Source of the DNA: an uncultured Poribacteria bacterium
GTDB lineage: Bacteria > Poribacteria > WGA-4E > WGA-3G
Length of the DNA: 64,000 nucleotides
Direction: 5' to 3'
NCBI GenBank assembly: GCA_958296135.2
Contig: CATQHZ020000001.1
Span: 3,232,001 to 3,296,000, forward strand
A program made the position numbers and the translations under genes. The notes beneath the pieces are model-generated. The model did not search any database and had not been told where the DNA came from. It saw only the letters and a list, made by a program, of their open reading frames with translations. Positions 59,389 through 64,000 of this stretch are shown piece by piece (the stretch's first letter is position 1; each line of letters begins with the position of its first letter).

Positions 59389-61137
59389 TTACTCCTTGAC
59401 GCTTCCGAGGGTAATTCCCTGCACAAATTCCCGTTGCATCGCTAAAAATAGGATAACGATGGGCATCAATGACAGCAGCGTGCCTGCCATCAACATCCCG
59501 TAATCTTGGCGATAGATGCCGACGAGGTTCGCCAAGCCAATCGGTAACGTATATTTCGCCTCATCGCGCAGGATGATGAGCGGCCAGAGGTATCCGTTCC
59601 ACGAACCCAAAAAAGAATAGATAGTCAACGCGCCGAGCGCGGGCTTGATAATCGGCAGCACGATGCGGTAGTAGATGCCGAACTCGGAACAGCCGTCAAT
59701 GCGGGCAGCATCGAGGAGTTCCGTCGGGATAGTGACGATAAACTGACGCATCAGAAACACACCGAACGCACCCACCGAAAACGGGATAATAATTGCTTTG
59801 TAACTGTTCAACCAGCCGATATCATACATGAGCCCGAACAGCGGCACAAGCAGCACCTGAAAAGGCACCATCATTGAGGCGAGGAGGATGCCGAACAAGA
59901 ACTTTTGTCCGCGGAATTGATATTTGGCGAACGCATAACCGCCGAGTGAACAGAAGAACAGCGTGAGCAGTGTCGATGCAGTCGCAATGAAAACGCTGTT
60001 GATAAAATACCGATTGAACGGCACGGTTTTCCACAGATTCCGATAGTTGGCGGTAAACTTGTCCCACACAATGGCGAGGTAAGGGGGCCGGTTGAGAGTC
60101 AATTCCAACGTCAAGGTTTGCGGTTGTGGAAATCGCGACTGGGGCGGCGTTTCTACAAGGGAGGTAGGCACGCGTTGCAAGCGCGCATCGGCTCGATGCA
60201 TCGGGATATGTGATGACTCTAATTCACCGGGGATGCCCTGGAGTCGCCAGACTGCATGCTTCCACAACGCGCTCTCTAAGACAAAAGGTCGCGCCGGCTC
60301 ATAAGGCGCGCCATCAACAAAAACTGTTAACGACAAACGATGATAGGAGGCATCGCCACGCACTGGAAGCGTGATAAGCCGAAGTTGCTCTATCGGGATA
60401 GGAGACGTAAACACCGCGGTCAGCCGCGCGCGGTTGTCGTTCTGAAAATCGTAAGAGAGACTCGCCGCGGTTTGTCTATCCTCGGATACCCGAATGCTTT
60501 TGAGGGTATCCGAGGCCGCCTCCCACTTTACGTCTGCCACCGGCGTGCGGTTGAATTCGACATCTTCTATCTGAAGTGTGCCAACTGCCACTTCGCGGTA
60601 GACTGCATCCCAGATAGTATCAATCGCTTCGGGGATAATCGCGCGGCGCACTTCAGTAGTAAAGGACGAGGGATTCGCGCTCAAGAGCCCTTCCTTATTA
60701 GGTAGCCCATGCCAAATTCCCTCCGTTACCTCGGCGCGCAATTCCGTAGACGGGACATGATTGGCGAGCCGTGCATTTGCAGAGAGGTGTGTCTGCACTT
60801 CTGTCCAGATTGCCTCTTCAAGCTGCGGTTGGAGGGCTTTCCATGTCGCCGCTTCCATCGCTTTCGGTTTCTTCATCGCCGGATAGGCATCCGTGACAAT
60901 GTAGGGAGAAGTCTCAACGCGCGGCGGGAACTTCGGAAACCACTGGACAGGCACAGCGAAGATCTCGTTGGCGGTTTTAAAAGAGGAAGTCAACAGCCAT
61001 AGGAGCGGAATCATGGTGCAAAAGGCTGCCGCTACCAAGAGAAGGTAGCCAATACCTCTAAATACGGGAATAGAAAAACGCGAGTTGCGTCCTGCATTCC
61101 GTTCAACGCGTCGGTTTTTATCGTCTCGGTTCATCAA
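59389..61137 (-). CDS. Carbohydrate ABC permease (MalG type) with a large extracytoplasmic insertion
   Basis: SSFKT..EIF, ~290-aa insert, ELLDAARIDG, WNGYLWP, FVQGITLG. Confidence 0.92.
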   Translation of the reverse strand: MMNRDDKNRRVERNAGRNSRFSIPVFRGIGYLLLVAAAFCTMIPLLWLLTSSFKTANEIFAVPVQWFPKFPPRVETSPYIVTDAYPAMKKPKAMEAATWKALQPQLEEAIWTEVQTHLSANARLANHVPSTELRAEVTEGIWHGLPNKEGLLSANPSSFTTEVRRAIIPEAIDTIWDAVYREVAVGTLQIEDVEFNRTPVADVKWEAASDTLKSIRVSEDRQTAASLSYDFQNDNRARLTAVFTSPIPIEQLRLITLPVRGDASYHRLSLTVFVDGAPYEPARPFVLESALWKHAVWRLQGIPGELESSHIPMHRADARLQRVPTSLVETPPQSRFPQPQTLTLELTLNRPPYLAIVWDKFTANYRNLWKTVPFNRYFINSVFIATASTLLTLFFCSLGGYAFAKYQFRGQKFLFGILLASMMVPFQVLLVPLFGLMYDIGWLNSYKAIIIPFSVGAFGVFLMRQFIVTIPTELLDAARIDGCSEFGIYYRIVLPIIKPALGALTIYSFLGSWNGYLWPLIILRDEAKYTLPIGLANLVGIYRQDYGMLMAGTLLSLMPIVILFLAMQREFVQGITLGSVKE

Positions 61138-62018
61138 TTTCCAGTCCCTTCAGACAGAACGCTCAGTTCTACGCCGCGTGCGCGTTGGATATCGTCCTGA
61201 TATTTGAAAATGCACCCTAGCGTTTCCGCAACAACCTCGGCATCAAGCTGTGCTTTGCCGAGTGCAACGAGGGCCAACCCCCAATCCAGCGTCTCCGCGA
61301 CTCCCGGTTTCTTGTAGTAGTCCCCTTCCCGCCAGAATTGCATCATTTGGCATAGCTGCGTCGCGAGCTGCTCATGAATCTGCGGCAGTTTCGCCTGAAC
61401 GATGGCCAACTCTTTCGCTACGGTGGGATAATCAAGCCACTGATAGAGGCATCGGCGTTTGAGTGCCTCATGCACCTCCCGCGTCCGATTGGAGGTGAGG
61501 ACGACATAGGGGATATGTTTGGCGCGAATCGTGCCAATTTCTGGGATAGTCATTTGGAAATCCGACAGAATTTCCAGCAGAAACGCCTCAAATTCGCTGT
61601 CGCTCCGGTCTACTTCATCAATCAGCAAAACGGGCGGCACATCGCCATGGCCTTGGATGGCCTCAAGCAGCGGACGCTTCAGCAAAAACGCCTCGCTGAA
61701 GAGGTCTGTGCCGATCTCCGCTTTGTCGCGGCCGCGCGCTTCGTCGATGCGGAGTTGCAAGATTTGCCGCGTGTAGTTCCACTCATACAACGCGCTGTTT
61801 GCATCTAAGCCTTCGTAGCATTGGAGCCGAATCAGTTTCGCGCCGGTTGCCTCGGCGAGGACTTTGGCGACTTCTGTCTTGCCGACACCAGGTTCGCCTT
61901 CCAGAAAAATCGGCTTTTTGAGATGGTGCGCGAGGTAGAGGGTTGTCGCTAACCCCTTATCGGCGATATACGTATGTTCTTCGCAGACTGCTTGGACACT
62001 TTCAATGGATTTGAACAT
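61134..62018 (-). CDS. MoxR-family AAA+ ATPase (CoxD-like)
   Basis: LEGEPGVGKTE, RLQCYEG, LLIDEVD, LTSNRTRE, ALKRRC; start ATG 62018. Confidence 0.93.
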   Translation of the reverse strand: MFKSIESVQAVCEEHTYIADKGLATTLYLAHHLKKPIFLEGEPGVGKTEVAKVLAEATGAKLIRLQCYEGLDANSALYEWNYTRQILQLRIDEARGRDKAEIGTDLFSEAFLLKRPLLEAIQGHGDVPPVLLIDEVDRSDSEFEAFLLEILSDFQMTIPEIGTIRAKHIPYVVLTSNRTREVHEALKRRCLYQWLDYPTVAKELAIVQAKLPQIHEQLATQLCQMMQFWREGDYYKKPGVAETLDWGLALVALGKAQLDAEVVAETLGCIFKYQDDIQRARGVELSVLSEGTGN

Positions 62019-62058
62019 AATATGATACGGAATTGCCGTTGCAAACGATATGAACGAG

Positions 62059-62421
62059 TTACTCTCCCCATACGATTGCTTCAACTCTGTCGGAGACTTC
62101 AGAGACTGTCTCCTCGGGCAGATAACACAGGAACCTTGTTTCTCTCTCCCGCCAATCAAGACACTTAACCTGATCCGCCCGGATGACACCGTCCACAGCA
62201 AGCCCATCTGGGATAGCAACTTCAAAAGCAGTGCCCCTGACGGTTCGTGTGACTGGGCAGATAACCGCCGTATTTTGTTGGAGGTTAAAATCCCATGACG
62301 AAAGAACAAGGGCCGGACGACGCTTCCTAAGCTCAGTCCCCATTTGCGGCTCTAAGTTAATCTGCACCACGTCGCCTCGCGCGGGGACGTAGGTTGCGTC
62401 ATATCGGTTTAGTCTTCCCAT
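62059..62421 (-). CDS. PemK/MazF family toxin
   Basis: YVPARGDVV, P..G.E...RRPALVLS, CPVT, DQVKCLDW..R; start uncertain. Confidence 0.92.
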   Translation of the reverse strand: MGRLNRYDATYVPARGDVVQINLEPQMGTELRKRRPALVLSSWDFNLQQNTAVICPVTRTVRGTAFEVAIPDGLAVDGVIRADQVKCLDWRERETRFLCYLPEETVSEVSDRVEAIVWGE

Positions 62422-62798
62422 ATTATTTCGGCACCTACAGCTGGTCCGGTATCCCATTCCCCATCAGGTTCCTTATCACACCCTGCGGCGAGTAAGTCCG
62501 CCAGTTTCAAACGGGGGCGACCCGGGGGGCGACCTTTCTTTTCCTCCCGATGCGGCTTGATACCTGCCGCTTGCACCGCCGCAAGATGCTCGGCATAGCC
62601 CGGGTCTTGGGCCAACAACTCCGAGAGTTTCAAGCGGGGCAGGTTCGGGGGCCGCCCCACTTTCTCCTCCCGATGCGGCGCGAGAGGGACATCGGCCTTT
62701 ACCGAAGTCTGCTTCTCCGGTTTGCCGTTAAGCGTCGTCAGGAAATTGAGATAGGCGATAATTGTCAAGCACTCTTGTGGTGAAATCATGAAATGCAT
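62409..62798 (-). CDS. Atypical MazE-like antitoxin
   Basis: Upstream of and overlapping the toxin; C-terminal LADLLA...EWDTGPAVGAE resembles the MazE tail. Confidence 0.65.
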   Translation of the reverse strand: MHFMISPQECLTIIAYLNFLTTLNGKPEKQTSVKADVPLAPHREEKVGRPPNLPRLKLSELLAQDPGYAEHLAAVQAAGIKPHREEKKGRPPGRPRLKLADLLAAGCDKEPDGEWDTGPAVGAEIIWED

Positions 62799-62822
62799 CT
62801 CCGTTAGGTTCAGCGCGCAACC

Positions 62823-63431
62823 TTAGTTGTCCCGAAGCGCGCGTTCGTAATCTTCGCGGTAATCAATATCCCGTAGCACCCGGTCGGTATCCACAGTGAC
62901 GTAGTGGATATCGTCGGCACATGTCTTAAAAAGGGTTCGCACCCCGCCGCTGTCCGCGCCTAGCGCGAGAATGTCTCTGGCATACCGCCGATGAAAAATA
63001 GCGGGATGGCCGCGGCGATAGTTGTAACTTGGCACGGCAATGCCTTGCTCGGTTTGAGCATAAGCATCTATCACCCTATCAATCAGCGTAGGCGTAATGA
63101 ACGGCTGATCTACCAGCATCAGCGCGAAGGCAGCTGTGGTTTTATTCAGCGAGCGCACACCGCACTGCGCAGAGGACAGCATCCCGTCGCGATAATCCGG
63201 ATTAAAAACGATTTGAACCGGTTGCTCCCCCAGTTTTTCCTGAACCAGCTCAGCGCAATGCCCAACGACGACGCGAACCTCATCTAGTTTGGACATAAGC
63301 ATACTGTCAACAACAGTCTCAACGATGGTGCTTTCGCCAAACGGGAGCAGCTGCTTCGGTTCACCCATCCGGGTAGAGAGCCCTGCCGCAAGCAAAATGC
63401 CCGATATAAGCGGATTTGGAGTAGGTGTCAT
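62823..63431 (-). CDS. Nucleotidyltransferase family protein (MocA/MobA-like)
   Basis: LLAAGLSTRMGEPKQLL, GMLSS, LVDQP, GHP..F, DID..EDY; start ATG 63431. Confidence 0.9.
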   Translation of the reverse strand: MTPTPNPLISGILLAAGLSTRMGEPKQLLPFGESTIVETVVDSMLMSKLDEVRVVVGHCAELVQEKLGEQPVQIVFNPDYRDGMLSSAQCGVRSLNKTTAAFALMLVDQPFITPTLIDRVIDAYAQTEQGIAVPSYNYRRGHPAIFHRRYARDILALGADSGGVRTLFKTCADDIHYVTVDTDRVLRDIDYREDYERALRDN

Positions 63432-63432
63432 C

Positions 63433-64000
63433 TCAATACCGAATCCCAAAAGACTGATATGCCCCAGTGAAGGGCCGCTCGTCAATTTCAAGTGAGTCAA
63501 CCTTGGCGTAGCGAGGCCCCTGCCTTAACAACGCCACCAACGCATCTAGCTGCGCCTTATCTCCCTCCGCGACAACTTCCACTTTGCCGTTCGCTAAGTT
63601 TTTGGCGTAGCCGTTCACACCGAGTTGCTTCGCATTGCGCTGCGTGAAATTGCGGAAACCAACGCCTTGCACCTTGCCGCTGATGAGAACGTAAAATTGC
63701 ATCTTCTGGTTCACCTCAATCGTCACTGTGACAGGCGTGCCAAGCGGTGGCAGCAGTGCATCGTTCTTTTTATACAGATTTTCCGCTGCCGCTTCAGGTA
63801 ACGGATTTTGGAAAAGCGCGCTGCCATCGAGATGATTCAAAGCGACAACATCGTTGCTCATGAACGCCTGCGGCAGCATTGCATCCTCGTCTTCGCTCTC
63901 CAAGTCTGGCACGATGCGTGAACCGGTGTAAATCCATGCGACATGTTGCATAGGCTTCTGCGTCTTCACGTTGTGCAGTAACTCTTCCGCGCGCACTTTC
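63433..64000 (-). CDS. Acylphosphatase fused to an N-terminal YdjY-like domain (5' end outside the window)
   Basis: C-terminal ISGKVQGVGFR..GYAKN..G.VE..AEG; upstream WIYTGS...LPPLGTPVTV segment. Confidence 0.8.
   Translation of the reverse strand, partial: KVRAEELLHNVKTQKPMQHVAWIYTGSRIVPDLESEDEDAMLPQAFMSNDVVALNHLDGSALFQNPLPEAAAENLYKKNDALLPPLGTPVTVTIEVNQKMQFYVLISGKVQGVGFRNFTQRNAKQLGVNGYAKNLANGKVEVVAEGDKAQLDALVALLRQGPRYAKVDSLEIDERPFTGAYQSFGIRY

Overview
Bacterial chromosomal window of mostly housekeeping and carbohydrate genes. The LamG protein with a C-terminal 'KLTMAWGKIK' motif, the MAYSNF-type paralogs and the dense GTAG-type palindromic repeats suggest Candidatus Poribacteria (inference, not a database result). 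It holds a partial DNA methyltransferase, sugar ABC parts, hisA, rfaE2, a GH88 enzyme, and a long minus-strand run (13-39 kb). That run contains a large outer-membrane protein, glk/galK, a partner-switching cluster, rsmG-mnmG, recR-ybaB-dnaX, a large SRP RNA, tadA and six tRNAs. Further on are mdh, three tandem PD-(D/E)xK-like paralogs, dnaK, fabV, a MazEF-like pair and two pseudogenes. No CRISPR array, rRNA or intact IS was seen. The most striking signal is a set of small repeat families: (1) a ~100-nt element at the 5' end of conserved genes that apparently supplies their start codon and first ~15 residues; (2) REP-like palindromes inserted in frame in many proteins; (3) a 50/100-nt structured insert placed at one fixed position inside a REP. 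Intact but motif-degenerate paralogs of EF-Tu and AccD and a promoter-driven orphan hairpin RNA are also notable. All alignments and family calls were made by eye.
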